This document shows positions 19,410-29,049 of a stretch of 64,000 bases of DNA, in pieces. Source of the stretch: Collinsella sp. (GTDB lineage: Bacteria > Actinomycetota > Coriobacteriia > Coriobacteriales > Coriobacteriaceae); NCBI GenBank assembly GCA_048248475.1, contig DBFBEA010000094.1, positions 12,471-76,470 of the forward strand, given 5' to 3'. The notes beneath the pieces were generated by a model. That model made no database searches, was not told the origin of the DNA, and saw only the letters and a program-made list of their open reading frames with translations. Each line of letters opens with the position of its first letter. The first letter of the stretch is position 1. A program made the position numbers and the translations under genes.

Positions 19410-19793
19410 AAAAGTAGCCTTTCAAGTAGGTTCGCGCGTGCCCAAGTCCCATTCCGGCACCCGCCTGGACTGCATCGTAACAGAGTTTTAGCTGCAGTTA
19501 AACAAAAAGCTGTTTATTGAAACGTTGCAATTTATTAAAGCGCTCCATATGTGTCACTTCTGTTTCGAAGCCCGATTAGAGTACCATCCGACCGCCCATC
19601 AACCGCATCGAGCAGAGCAGGCGGTCGGTTGCCGCCCGCGAACGTAACCCCTTCACAACCTGCCCAAAGGTCCTACAGAAGTTCTCGACAAGCCCCTCCC
19701 CCATAGCAACAAAATACGGGCGCCCACATCAGCAGACGCCCGTAAAGCAAAACGATTCCTCAATAAATGGCCAAAACGGCTTCAGCCAAACCT

Positions 19794-21224
19794 CTACTTT
19801 GCCCCGTGGCCCATCTCGACGACCTTGGTCAGTGACCCAAACACGCCCTCGTCAGCCACGAGCTGTGCCTCGGCGCGATCAAGCTGCACGGCAACGGCGG
19901 CAGGGGCGGTGCCGCCCTCGGTCGTGCGCGCGGCGACAATCGACGGGATGTCGAGCGCCTCGGTAATGTCGCGCTCAAAGAGCGGGCTTGCCTCCTGGAA
20001 CACCTCAAACGGCAGGTCCTCAAGATTGCAGCCGCGCTTCTCACACATCAGAACCAGATGCCCCACCACGGCATGAGCCTCGCGGAACGGCAGACCACGC
20101 TTAGCCAGGTAATCGGCAACATCGGTGGCGGCAAGGTGACCCACGCCGCACTCGCGCGCCATGGCATCCTCGTTGACGGTCCAAGTCGAAATCATACCGG
20201 CCATAACCGACAGGCACTGCATGAGCGTGTGAGCGGTATCGAGCGCGCCCTCCTTATCCTCCTGCAAGTCCTTGTTATAAGCAAGCGGCAAGCCCTTCAT
20301 GGTTACCAGCAGCTGCACCAGGTTGCCGTACACGCGACCGCTCTTGCCGCGGATAAGCTCGGCAAAGTCGGGGTTCTTCTTCTGCGGCATGATAGACGAG
20401 CCGGTGGAGTAGGAGTCTGAAAGCGTGATAAAGCCAAATTCGGAGCTCGACCACAGCACGATCTCCTCGGAAAGACGCGACAGGTGCATCGCCATGACGG
20501 AGCCGGCGTAATGCAGGTCAAGGAGGAAATCACGGTCGGAAACCGCATCGAGCGAGTTGGGAATCACACCCGCAAAGCCAAGTTCGGCAGCCGTCATCTG
20601 ACGATCAAGCGGATAGCTCGTACCGGCAAGCGCGGCAGCGCCCAGCGGGCAGTTGTCGGCGGCATCAAAGGCGGCCTTCAGGCGTGTAAAGTCGCGCGCG
20701 AACATCCAGGAATACGCCAGCAGATGATGCGACAGCAGCACGGGCTGAGCATGCTGCATGTGCGTGTAGCCCGGCAGAATTACCTTGTCGTACTTCTTGG
20801 CCGCATCCACCAGCACATGGCGCAGCTCAAGATTGGCCTCCATGAGCTCCTTGGCCAGCGCCTTGACGCCCAGGCGCGTGTCGGTCGCCACCTGGTCGTT
20901 GCGCGAACGGCCGGTATGCAAGCGCTTACCGGCCTCGCCGATGCGGCGCGTCAGCTCGCTCTCGATGGACATATGAATGTCCTCGTCGTTGATGTCGAAG
21001 GTGAAGCTGCCGGCATCGATATCCTGTTCGATTCCGGTCAGACCCTCGGCAATCGCCTGCTCGTCCTCGGCACTGATGATGCCCTGGGCCGCCAGCATCT
21101 TGGCATGCGCCTTAGAGCCGGCGATATCCTGTTTATAGAGATGTTTGTCGACCGGAAGCGACGCGCCAAACTCCTGCGTGACCTCGGCCACGCCTGCCTC
21201 AAAACGACCACCCCAAAGAGCCAT
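19794..21224 (-). CDS. argH: Argininosuccinate lyase
   Basis: Motifs MALWGGRF, HTGRSRNDQVATD and STGSSIMPQKKNPD. Confidence 0.97.
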   Translation of the reverse strand: MALWGGRFEAGVAEVTQEFGASLPVDKHLYKQDIAGSKAHAKMLAAQGIISAEDEQAIAEGLTGIEQDIDAGSFTFDINDEDIHMSIESELTRRIGEAGKRLHTGRSRNDQVATDTRLGVKALAKELMEANLELRHVLVDAAKKYDKVILPGYTHMQHAQPVLLSHHLLAYSWMFARDFTRLKAAFDAADNCPLGAAALAGTSYPLDRQMTAAELGFAGVIPNSLDAVSDRDFLLDLHYAGSVMAMHLSRLSEEIVLWSSSEFGFITLSDSYSTGSSIMPQKKNPDFAELIRGKSGRVYGNLVQLLVTMKGLPLAYNKDLQEDKEGALDTAHTLMQCLSVMAGMISTWTVNEDAMARECGVGHLAATDVADYLAKRGLPFREAHAVVGHLVLMCEKRGCNLEDLPFEVFQEASPLFERDITEALDIPSIVAARTTEGGTAPAAVAVQLDRAEAQLVADEGVFGSLTKVVEMGHGAK

Positions 21225-21342
21225 GGAACCGTCCCCTTTCTCCAAATACCAAAACAAGCGCCCAAAGCAATGCGCCATATCGCTAAAGCGATTTTTCAAC
21301 CGCTAGTTTTACACATTCCCCACCGTGTGCGGAGCCATATAG

Positions 21343-21513
21343 CTAATTTGCAAAGAAGTGACGCGCCATGCACTTGGCGCCCAACGTCTCCCTCCGGATG
21401 TTGCCCTGCGAACCATCGATCCAGGCCTTCAGGCTCATAGGGACGTCCTCGACCCTTGCGGCATCGAACTCGGGCGCGAGGGCAAGTAAAGCATGCGCGA
21501 TAGCATTGAACAT
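21343..21513 (-). CDS. Small hypothetical protein (56 aa) between argG and argH
   Basis: GAGGAG RBS, then MFNAIAHALLALAPEFDAARVEDVPMSLKAWIDGSQGNIRRETLGAKCMARHFFAN-stop. Below the ORF-track size cut-off. Confidence 0.5.
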   Translation of the reverse strand: MFNAIAHALLALAPEFDAARVEDVPMSLKAWIDGSQGNIRRETLGAKCMARHFFAN

Positions 21514-21746
21514 AATGGATACTCCTCATATATATAGGCGCAGAGCCGCCAAATTGATAGAAGGAGCCCCGCCGGACAACCCCGGCGGGGCTCGGACTCA
21601 GCCGCAGACGCGGCATCATATATGCGGGCGGAACGTAGGGGCCACCGATGTTAAGAAGTGTCAGCAAGCATAACGAAAGGTAGGGACCCCGTGCGCCCGT
21701 TATGTATCACGCGGATGGGCCGCGCGGATACCAAGGGAAGGAGGCG

Positions 21747-22973
21747 CTAGGCCTGGGCGGCAGCAGAGCTGGGGCCCTGGACCTTTGCCCACGTCTTGAG
21801 CGACAGCGTATCGATCTCGATAAAGCCGGCGCTGGCCTTCTCGTCAAACGTGGTGTCGCGGTCGTAGGTAGCCAGACCGTAGTCGTAGAGGCTGAAGGGG
21901 CTCTTGCGGCCGACGACATGGCAGTTGCCCTTAAAGAACTTCAGACGGACAGTGCCGGTCACGAACTTCTGGGTATCGGCCATAAAGGCATCGAGCGCGT
22001 TTTTGAGCGGGCTGTACCACTGGCCGTTGTACACGGCGGTGGCCCAATCCTGCTCGAGCTTGATCTTGGTCTTGAGCAGGTCGCCCTCGACACAGATGTC
22101 CTCGAGCGCCTTGTGGGCGGTGATGAGCGTCAGGGCTCCGGGAACCTCATAGCACTCACGGCTCTTGAGGCCCACCAGACGATCCTCGACCAGATCGAGG
22201 CGGCCAAAGCCATTGTCGCCGGAGATCTTGTTGAGGGCGATGACGATCTCGGAGAGCTTCATCTTCTTGCCGTCGACGGCGACGGGCTTGCCGGCCTCAA
22301 ACTCAATCTCGGTGTAGGTCGGGGTGTCCGGCGTGTCCTCGGGGTTCTTGGTCATAACCCAAGCGTCGTCGAGCGGCTCGTTCCAGGGATCCTCCAGGTG
22401 ACCGCACTCGATGGCACGACCCCACAGGTTGTCGTCGATGGAGTAGGGGTTGTCGTTGGCACCCTCGGGAACCGGCACGTTGTGGGCGTGGGCATAGGCG
22501 ACCTCGTCGGGACGGCACTTCAGGTCCCACTCGCGAACCGGGGCGATAACCTTGAGCTCGGGGTCGAGGGCCTTGACGGCGGCCTCAAAACGGACCTGGT
22601 CGTTACCCTTGCCGGTGCAGCCGTGGGCGACGTAGGTCGCGCCAAACTCGTGGGCGACCTCAACAAGCTTCTTGGCGAGCAGCGGGCGGGAAAGAGCGGA
22701 GAGCAGCGGATACTTGTTCTCGTACATGGAGTTTGCTGCGATGGCCTTAGTCAGGAACTCATCGGAGAACTCGTCGCGCAGGTCGAGCACCTGGCAATCG
22801 AGAACGCCCAAGTCGAGCGCCTTCTGCTTCTTGGCATCCAGTCCGGTCTCTTCCTGGCCCACATTGCCGCAGACACAAACGACATCGAGATTCTTCTCGT
22901 CCTGGAGCCACTTGACACATACGGATGTATCAAGACCACCGGAATATGCGAGAACGACTTTTTCCTTGCTCAT
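21747..22973 (-). CDS. argG: Argininosuccinate synthase
   Basis: Motifs VVLAYSGGLDTS, HGCTGKGNDQVRFE and YSIDDNLWG. Confidence 0.97.
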   Translation of the reverse strand: MSKEKVVLAYSGGLDTSVCVKWLQDEKNLDVVCVCGNVGQEETGLDAKKQKALDLGVLDCQVLDLRDEFSDEFLTKAIAANSMYENKYPLLSALSRPLLAKKLVEVAHEFGATYVAHGCTGKGNDQVRFEAAVKALDPELKVIAPVREWDLKCRPDEVAYAHAHNVPVPEGANDNPYSIDDNLWGRAIECGHLEDPWNEPLDDAWVMTKNPEDTPDTPTYTEIEFEAGKPVAVDGKKMKLSEIVIALNKISGDNGFGRLDLVEDRLVGLKSRECYEVPGALTLITAHKALEDICVEGDLLKTKIKLEQDWATAVYNGQWYSPLKNALDAFMADTQKFVTGTVRLKFFKGNCHVVGRKSPFSLYDYGLATYDRDTTFDEKASAGFIEIDTLSLKTWAKVQGPSSAAAQA

Positions 22974-23114
22974 GGCTGTTTCCTTTCGCCCTTGGTAGCT
23001 AGTTAGAACATCGGTCAGTTGCAAGTCACTTTGAGGTCAAAAACCGTGCAATATCAGGTTAAATAGCAAAAATCAGCACATACATGCCCTAGAAACATGC
23101 AGCAATGTCGTGCT

Positions 23115-23178
23115 AAAACCCAACGACCTCAAAATGACTCTGTTGGGGCATTTAGCCCCATGCGGACAGAGACGATTG
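23115..23178 (-). promoter_or_regulatory. Putative attenuator hairpins (terminator and antiterminator) in the argG leader
   Basis: CCCAAC...GTTGGG-TTTT hairpin overlaps the alternative CTCTGT..TGGGGC-TAAAT-GCCCCA-ACAGAG hairpin. Confidence 0.6.
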
Positions 23179-23253
23179 TTATCGTCGTCGGGAAATTGCG
23201 CGCTGGCGTCGGAGAGCATTGTCTGCAGTGGTGATGATCTGTACGAACTGCAT
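23179..23253 (-). CDS. Putative Arg-rich leader peptide of argG (MQFVQIITTADNALRRQRAISRRR)
   Basis: Strong RBS GAAAGGAG. Six of the last ten codons are Arg, ending CGA CGA CGA TAA. Confidence 0.7.
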   Translation of the reverse strand: MQFVQIITTADNALRRQRAISRRR

Positions 23254-23527
23254 CTGCCTCTCCTTTCACCTATCGCCGGGCGCAATTCTAATATCGTAAA
23301 CGGTACCTTTTCCTCGGTAAGCGGTTGTTTTTCCGTCTCCGTTTTCGATGGTCGCTATATTACGCTAAAGTGCCCGCAGCACAAGCGACAAATTCAAATT
23401 TCTGAAAAGTTTTTTCATTACTTTGTGAAGCGTGGTGCAAATACGCTCCGTTCCTGCGAAAATACGCCCGACTACGAATTGATGGTTATAACGTCTGAAA
23501 CAATCTCGAAACGAAAGGCTCGCTTTT

Positions 23528-24355
23528 ATGCAAACTTACGAATCGGACGCCAATATCGGAAACATTAAGATTCTCGCCGTCGACATGGACAAGACGCTGC
23601 TGACCGACGAGCGCGTGCTGCCCCAGGGTCTTGATGAGCGCCTAGACAAGCTCGCCGACGCCGGCATCGTATTCTGCCCCGCCAGCGGACGTCCCGCCCC
23701 CAAGCTCGAGGAGATGTTCGAGGGCGTCAAGAACCGCCTCGCCTTTTGTCCCGACAACGGAGCGTGCGTGATCTATCGCGGCAGCTATATCTATAAGAGC
23801 AATATCGACGTGGAGCTGTACCAGCAGGTCTTGAGCCGCGCCTCGGAGGATCCGCGCGCCGTTCCCGTCCTGTGCTGCTACGACGAGTTCTATGTGCTCG
23901 CCCGCGACCATCAGTACCACGACGAGATCAGCGTGTACTACAACACGATCAACTACGTCGACAGCTTTGAGGGCATTGATATCGAGTCCAACAAGATTTC
24001 GATCTTCTTCCCCGCCTACGATGCCGAGCCAGCGTTTCGCGAGGACTACAGCCCGGCATTCTCGGACCGACTCTATGTCACCAATGCGGGCCGCGAGTGG
24101 ATCGACTTTATGAACCTGGGCGTCGACAAGGGCGCCGGCGTCGCGCATCTGTGCGAGCAGCTGGGCATTGATATCGCCGACGCCGCCGCCGTGGGCGACA
24201 CCTACAACGATATCCCCATGCTGGAGCGCGTCGGGCACAGCTTTATCGTGGACAATGCCGAGGAGCATATGAACGCGCATGCCAAGTGGCGTATTCCGAG
24301 CAACAACGACGGGGGCGTACTGACGCTCATCGACGCCATCTTGGCGGCTCGTTAA
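23528..24355 (+). CDS. Cof-type HAD-IIB hydrolase
   Basis: Motifs AVDMDKTLL, ASGR, GVDKG and GDTYNDIPML. Confidence 0.9.
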   Translation: MQTYESDANIGNIKILAVDMDKTLLTDERVLPQGLDERLDKLADAGIVFCPASGRPAPKLEEMFEGVKNRLAFCPDNGACVIYRGSYIYKSNIDVELYQQVLSRASEDPRAVPVLCCYDEFYVLARDHQYHDEISVYYNTINYVDSFEGIDIESNKISIFFPAYDAEPAFREDYSPAFSDRLYVTNAGREWIDFMNLGVDKGAGVAHLCEQLGIDIADAAAVGDTYNDIPMLERVGHSFIVDNAEEHMNAHAKWRIPSNNDGGVLTLIDAILAAR

Positions 24356-24366
24356 CGTTGCTCGTC

Positions 24367-24494
24367 GGACCTGGCCGGGCGAGCGGGTAAGTTTTTCGTT
24401 CGGTCAGGTCCTGGGCTCGCTCGGAAAGCACATTAAGTGCTTTCCGGCTCGTGCGGAATCTACGAAAAACTTACCCGCTCGCCCGGCCAGGTCC
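24367..24494. repeat. 128-bp MITE/REP-like element with 33-bp perfect terminal inverted repeats
   Basis: GGACCTGGCCGGGCGAGCGGGTAAGTTTTTCGT and its exact reverse complement. Internal hairpin CGGAAAGCAC-ATTAA-GTGCTTTCCG. Confidence 0.85.
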
Positions 24495-24630
24495 TGCGGT
24501 GACTTGCTTGCCGCCTGGATGGCGTCTTGGCGCCTAGATACTTTGGCTGAATTTAATTGAACGAAGGACGCTCCTTGTTGATGAGGAGCGTCCTTCTGCT
24601 TTTGGTTACTTTGGAGTTGTGGGTGTACCC

Positions 24631-27381
24631 CTACTTGGCATCGGCCCAGGTTATGCCGGTGCTGGCTTCGGCAATGAGGGGTACGCGTAGGTCTACGACG
24701 TGTTCCATGACGTCTTGGACCATGGTGGTCAGGCGCTCGACTTCGTCGACCGGGCACTCAAAGTCCAGTTCGTCGTGTACCTGCAGGATCATGTGGGCGG
24801 CAAAGCCCTCTTCTTCCAGACGGCGGCTCACGCGGGCCATCGCGATCTTGATGATGTCGGCGGCGGTGCCCTGCATGGGGTGGTTCATGGCCGTGCGCTC
24901 ACCAAAGCCGCGGAGTTGCGGATTTTTAGCCTTGAGCTCCGGAATATGGCGACGGCGGCCGTACATGGTCTCGGCGTAGCCCGTCTGCTTGGCACGTGCC
25001 ACCACGTTGTCGAGGAACGTGCGCACGCCCGGGTAGGCCTCGTAGTAGCGGTCGATCATGTCACGTGCCTCGGCCATCGAGATATGCAGCGACTGCGACA
25101 GGCCATAGGCCTGCTGACCGTACACGATGCCAAAGTTCACGGCCTTGGCGCGACTGCGCAAGTCGGGCGTCACCTCGGACACCGGCACACCAAACACGCG
25201 CGCCGCCGTCTCGGCATGGAAGTCCTCGCCCTCGTTAAAGGCGCGCACCAGGTGCTCGTCACCCGAGAGATGCGCCAGCAGACGCAGCTCGATCTGCGAG
25301 TAGTCCACCGCCAAAAAGACGCTACCCTCGCCTGCCGAAAACGCCGTCTTGACGGTACGACCCAGCTCTGAGCGCGTCGGGATGTTCTGCAGGTTCGGGT
25401 CGCTCGAGGACAAACGCCCCGTTGCGGTAATGGTTTGGTTGTACGTGGTATGCACGCGGCCGTCTCCGCGGCGCAGCGGGCCCAACGTGTCCAGATAGGT
25501 TGACTTAATCTTGGACTTCTCGCGCCAGTCCAAGATCAGACGAACAATCTCGTGGTCGCGGGCAAGGTCGCTCAGCACCTTGGCGTTGGTCGAATAGTAG
25601 CCACGCTTGGTCTTTTTGAGACCCTTGGTCGGAAGGCCCATCACATCAAAGAGCACATGTGAAAGCTGCATGGGGCTGCCGATGTTAAAGGTCTCGTCAC
25701 CCGCCAGGTCGCGGATGCTGCGCTCGACCTCGGTAATCTGGGTCGCCAGACCCTCGGACAGACTATGCAGGCGGTCGGGGTCCACGAGCATGCCCGCACG
25801 CTCCATCTTGGCAAGCACCGGAACGAGCGGCATCTCGATGCCATCGAACACGTTGGCGGCGTTCTCGCGGGCCATGCGGTCGCGCAGCGGTGCGACCAGC
25901 GCCAGCGTCAAGGCCGCCGTGCGAGCGGCGGGCGCAGGAGCGTCCTCGCCGGCACCCTCTGCACCGCGCACCGCAGGCAGCGCCATCTGCAGATAGGTAT
26001 CGGCCAGATACGCCTCATCAAACTCGGAGCGGTCGGAATCCAACAGGTAGGCGGCAACCACGGTGTCGAAGATGCGCGTAGAATCGACTGCCAGCGGATC
26101 CATGAGCTCGGGCTCAGAAGAATCGATGGGCGAAAGCTCGTGCAACAGCGCCTTCATATCCGGGCTCGCCACGCGACCCTCCATAAACAGACGCGCAAGC
26201 ACGCCGGCGATCACGCCGTGGGCGAAGTTGAAGCCCTCAACTTCAGCCGTCGCACAGCTGTCGCCCTCCTCGAGCGCGAACAGGCCCTTGGACGTCGCCA
26301 GCCACAGCGTGCGCGTCAAGCCAAAAAGCGCGCCCTCCTCCTTGTCATCGTCCACCACGGCGGCGACCCACTCGCCTGTCTCGATCGTGCGAGCGATCTC
26401 GGCAGCAGCGGCAGCAAGTGCCCCAGCATCGCCAGCGGCGGCACGCAAAACGGAGGGAATCTCAAACGTGCTGACAGCGGCCGCAGCCCCACCCTCGCCG
26501 CCAATCAGCGCCAGGAAGCGGTTCTGCATGGCCGTAATGCCGAGTGTGCCCAGCGCCGCGGACACTTCGTCGGCAGAAAACGCCGGGAATGACGTCGCGT
26601 CAAAGTCGAGCTCGACAGGCGCATCGGTGCGAATGGTTGCGACCTTGCGGCTCAGCAGCGCATCGTCGATATGCGCACGCAGGTTCTCGCCCATCTTGCC
26701 CTTGACCTCGTCAGCATGCGCGATGACCTCGTCCAAGCTGCCGTACTGCGCGATGAGCGCGCTCGCCTTTTTGGGGCCGATGCCCGGTACGCCGGGAATG
26801 TTGTCCGACGTATCGCCCTTCAGACCGTAAAAATCGGGCACGAGCGCCGGCGTAATGCCGTGATACAGGTCATCTACGCTCTCGGGCGTCATAATCGCCA
26901 CGTCGGACAGGCCCTTGCGAGTCGAGACCACGTTGACGTGCTCGGTCACGAGTTGATACATGTCGCGGTCGCCAGTCACCAGCAGCATGTCGCAGCCGGC
27001 CTCCTCACCCAAGCGCGCCATGGTTCCCAGGATATCGTCGCCTTCCCAGCCCTCAGACTGCAGAATCGGCACGTTGAGCGCGGTGAGCAGCTCCTTGATC
27101 ATAGGGAACTGCGCGTGCAGGTCGGGGTCCATGGGCGGGCGCTGCGCCTTATACTGCGGCAGCATCTCCATGCGCACGCGCGGCTTGCCCTTATCAAACG
27201 CCACGACCACACCGTCGGGGTTAAAGGCATCGATCATCTTAAGAAACATGTTCAGAAAGCCAAAGATCGCGTTGGTGGGGCGACCGTCCGGCGCGTTCAT
27301 GGTCGGCGGCACGGCGTGGAAGGCGCGATGCATGAGCGAGTTGCCGTCGATAACGGCAAAAGTGCGGCGCTTGTCAGACAT
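24631..27381 (-). CDS. polA: DNA polymerase I
   Basis: 5'-3' exonuclease motifs (IDGNSL, GDTSDNIPGVPGIG) and polymerase motifs (TGRLSSSDPNLQNIP, DYSQIELR, LQVHDEL). Confidence 0.97.
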   Translation of the reverse strand: MSDKRRTFAVIDGNSLMHRAFHAVPPTMNAPDGRPTNAIFGFLNMFLKMIDAFNPDGVVVAFDKGKPRVRMEMLPQYKAQRPPMDPDLHAQFPMIKELLTALNVPILQSEGWEGDDILGTMARLGEEAGCDMLLVTGDRDMYQLVTEHVNVVSTRKGLSDVAIMTPESVDDLYHGITPALVPDFYGLKGDTSDNIPGVPGIGPKKASALIAQYGSLDEVIAHADEVKGKMGENLRAHIDDALLSRKVATIRTDAPVELDFDATSFPAFSADEVSAALGTLGITAMQNRFLALIGGEGGAAAAVSTFEIPSVLRAAAGDAGALAAAAAEIARTIETGEWVAAVVDDDKEEGALFGLTRTLWLATSKGLFALEEGDSCATAEVEGFNFAHGVIAGVLARLFMEGRVASPDMKALLHELSPIDSSEPELMDPLAVDSTRIFDTVVAAYLLDSDRSEFDEAYLADTYLQMALPAVRGAEGAGEDAPAPAARTAALTLALVAPLRDRMARENAANVFDGIEMPLVPVLAKMERAGMLVDPDRLHSLSEGLATQITEVERSIRDLAGDETFNIGSPMQLSHVLFDVMGLPTKGLKKTKRGYYSTNAKVLSDLARDHEIVRLILDWREKSKIKSTYLDTLGPLRRGDGRVHTTYNQTITATGRLSSSDPNLQNIPTRSELGRTVKTAFSAGEGSVFLAVDYSQIELRLLAHLSGDEHLVRAFNEGEDFHAETAARVFGVPVSEVTPDLRSRAKAVNFGIVYGQQAYGLSQSLHISMAEARDMIDRYYEAYPGVRTFLDNVVARAKQTGYAETMYGRRRHIPELKAKNPQLRGFGERTAMNHPMQGTAADIIKIAMARVSRRLEEEGFAAHMILQVHDELDFECPVDEVERLTTMVQDVMEHVVDLRVPLIAEASTGITWADAK

Positions 27382-27547
27382 ATTAAATACCTCGCTTTGG
27401 GCTGGGCACGGTTTGCTCACTCCAGTTTACACGCTCCCCGCCCCGCGGCCACCGCACATCAAGCTCCCCCGCCACCGTGAGCCCGCGCGTGATACGATGG
27501 CTCACGGTACATCAACCAGCACGATCGATCCGAAAGGAGCCTGCGTC

Positions 27548-28945
27548 ATGGAGCGTCCCTGCGCATGGAAAAAGTACACGCCACAGCAGATCGAGGAGCT
27601 CGAGGAGCTTTGCCGCGGCTATAAGCAGTTTTTGAGTGAGAACAAGACCGAGCGCCTGTGCGTCAAGACCGGCATCAAAATGGCCGAGAAGGCGGGCTAC
27701 GTCAATCTGGAGACCGTGGTCGCCGAGGGCCGCGCGCTCAAGGCCGGCAACAAGGTGTACGCCGCCAATCACGGCAAGGACCTTATGCTCGTCAACCTGG
27801 GCACCGCCCCGCTCGAGCAGGGCTTTAACATCCTGGGCGCCCACGTGGACTCTCCGCGCCTGGACCTCAAGCAAAACCCCGCCTTCGAGGCCGGCGACAT
27901 GGCTTATCTCGACACGCACTACTATGGCGGCGTCAAGAGCTACCACTGGGTGGCCTCCCCGCTTGCACTCGTGGGCGTCATCTGCAAAAAGGACGGCACC
28001 ACCGTCGACATCAACATCGGTGACAAGGCAGACGATCCGGTCTTTACCATCTCCGACCTGCTAATCCACCTCTCGAGCGAGCAGATGTCCAAGCCCGCCA
28101 AGGACGCCGTCGACGCCGAGATCCTTGACGTGATCGTGGGCGGCCGCCCCGTCAAGTTTGACGAGGACGACAAGGACGCCCCCAAGGAGCCCGTCAAGCA
28201 GATGTTCCTGGACATCCTCAAGGAGCAGTACGACGTCGAGGAGGAGGACTTCCTCTCCGCCGAGATCGAGGTCGTGCCCGCCGGCCCCGCCCGCGACATG
28301 GGCCTCGACCGCTCCATGATTTTGGGCTATGGCCACGACGACCGCGTCTGCGCTTACCCCTCCATGCTCGCCCAGATCAATGTGGCCAACGTGGAGCGCA
28401 CGAGCATCACGCTCATCGTCGACAAGGAGGAGATCGGCTCCGTGGGTGCCACCGGTATGACGAGCCGCTTCTTCGAGAACACCGTCGCCGAGATCATGAC
28501 GCTCGCCGGCGAGGATAGCCCGCTGGCCCTTCGCCGCGCACTCGCCCGCAGCCGCATGCTCTCCTCCGACGTGTCCGCCGGCTTCGACCCGGGCTACGCC
28601 GGCAAGTTCGAGACCAAGAACGCCGCCTTCATGGGTCGCGGCCTGTGCTTCAACAAGTACACGGGCAGCCGCGGCAAGGGCGGCTCCAACGACGCCGACG
28701 CCGAGTACGTGGCCCTCATCCGCGACATCATGGACGAGGCCGGCGTGGACTTCCAGACCTGCGAGCTCGGTCGCGTCAACGCGGGCGGCGGTGGCACCAT
28801 CGCCTACATCATGGCCAAGTACGGCATGAACGTCATCGACTCCGGCGTTGCCGTCCTGTCCATGCACGCCCTGTGGGAGGTCGCCAACAAGGCCGATATC
28901 TACGAGGCCTACCGCGGCTACAAGGCCTTCATCGAGCGCGCCTAA
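27548..28945 (+). CDS. M18-family (aspartyl-type) aminopeptidase
   Basis: Motifs GAHVDSPRLDLK, GHDDR, DKEEIGS, GGGGTI and SMH. RBS GAAAGGAG upstream. Confidence 0.9.
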   Translation: MERPCAWKKYTPQQIEELEELCRGYKQFLSENKTERLCVKTGIKMAEKAGYVNLETVVAEGRALKAGNKVYAANHGKDLMLVNLGTAPLEQGFNILGAHVDSPRLDLKQNPAFEAGDMAYLDTHYYGGVKSYHWVASPLALVGVICKKDGTTVDINIGDKADDPVFTISDLLIHLSSEQMSKPAKDAVDAEILDVIVGGRPVKFDEDDKDAPKEPVKQMFLDILKEQYDVEEEDFLSAEIEVVPAGPARDMGLDRSMILGYGHDDRVCAYPSMLAQINVANVERTSITLIVDKEEIGSVGATGMTSRFFENTVAEIMTLAGEDSPLALRRALARSRMLSSDVSAGFDPGYAGKFETKNAAFMGRGLCFNKYTGSRGKGGSNDADAEYVALIRDIMDEAGVDFQTCELGRVNAGGGGTIAYIMAKYGMNVIDSGVAVLSMHALWEVANKADIYEAYRGYKAFIERA

Positions 28946-28959
28946 CCAACCCTTCATCA

Positions 28960-29024
28960 GTTGCGGTGAAATACGGACTAAACTGGCCCATAAACGGCCA
29001 AAACAGACCATATTCCACCGCAAC
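28960..29024. repeat. 65-bp palindromic dispersed repeat, copy 3
   Basis: GTTGCGGTGAAATA...TATTCCACCGCAAC. Confidence 0.88.
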
Positions 29025-29049
29025 TTTCTTTTTTGGCAGAGGAGAGTCC

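Noticed and set aside
19517..19530. LacI/CcpA-like site TTGAAACGTTGCAA upstream of ndk, and similar short motifs upstream of rpiB
   Set aside because: Plausible, but too short and degenerate to support without comparative data.
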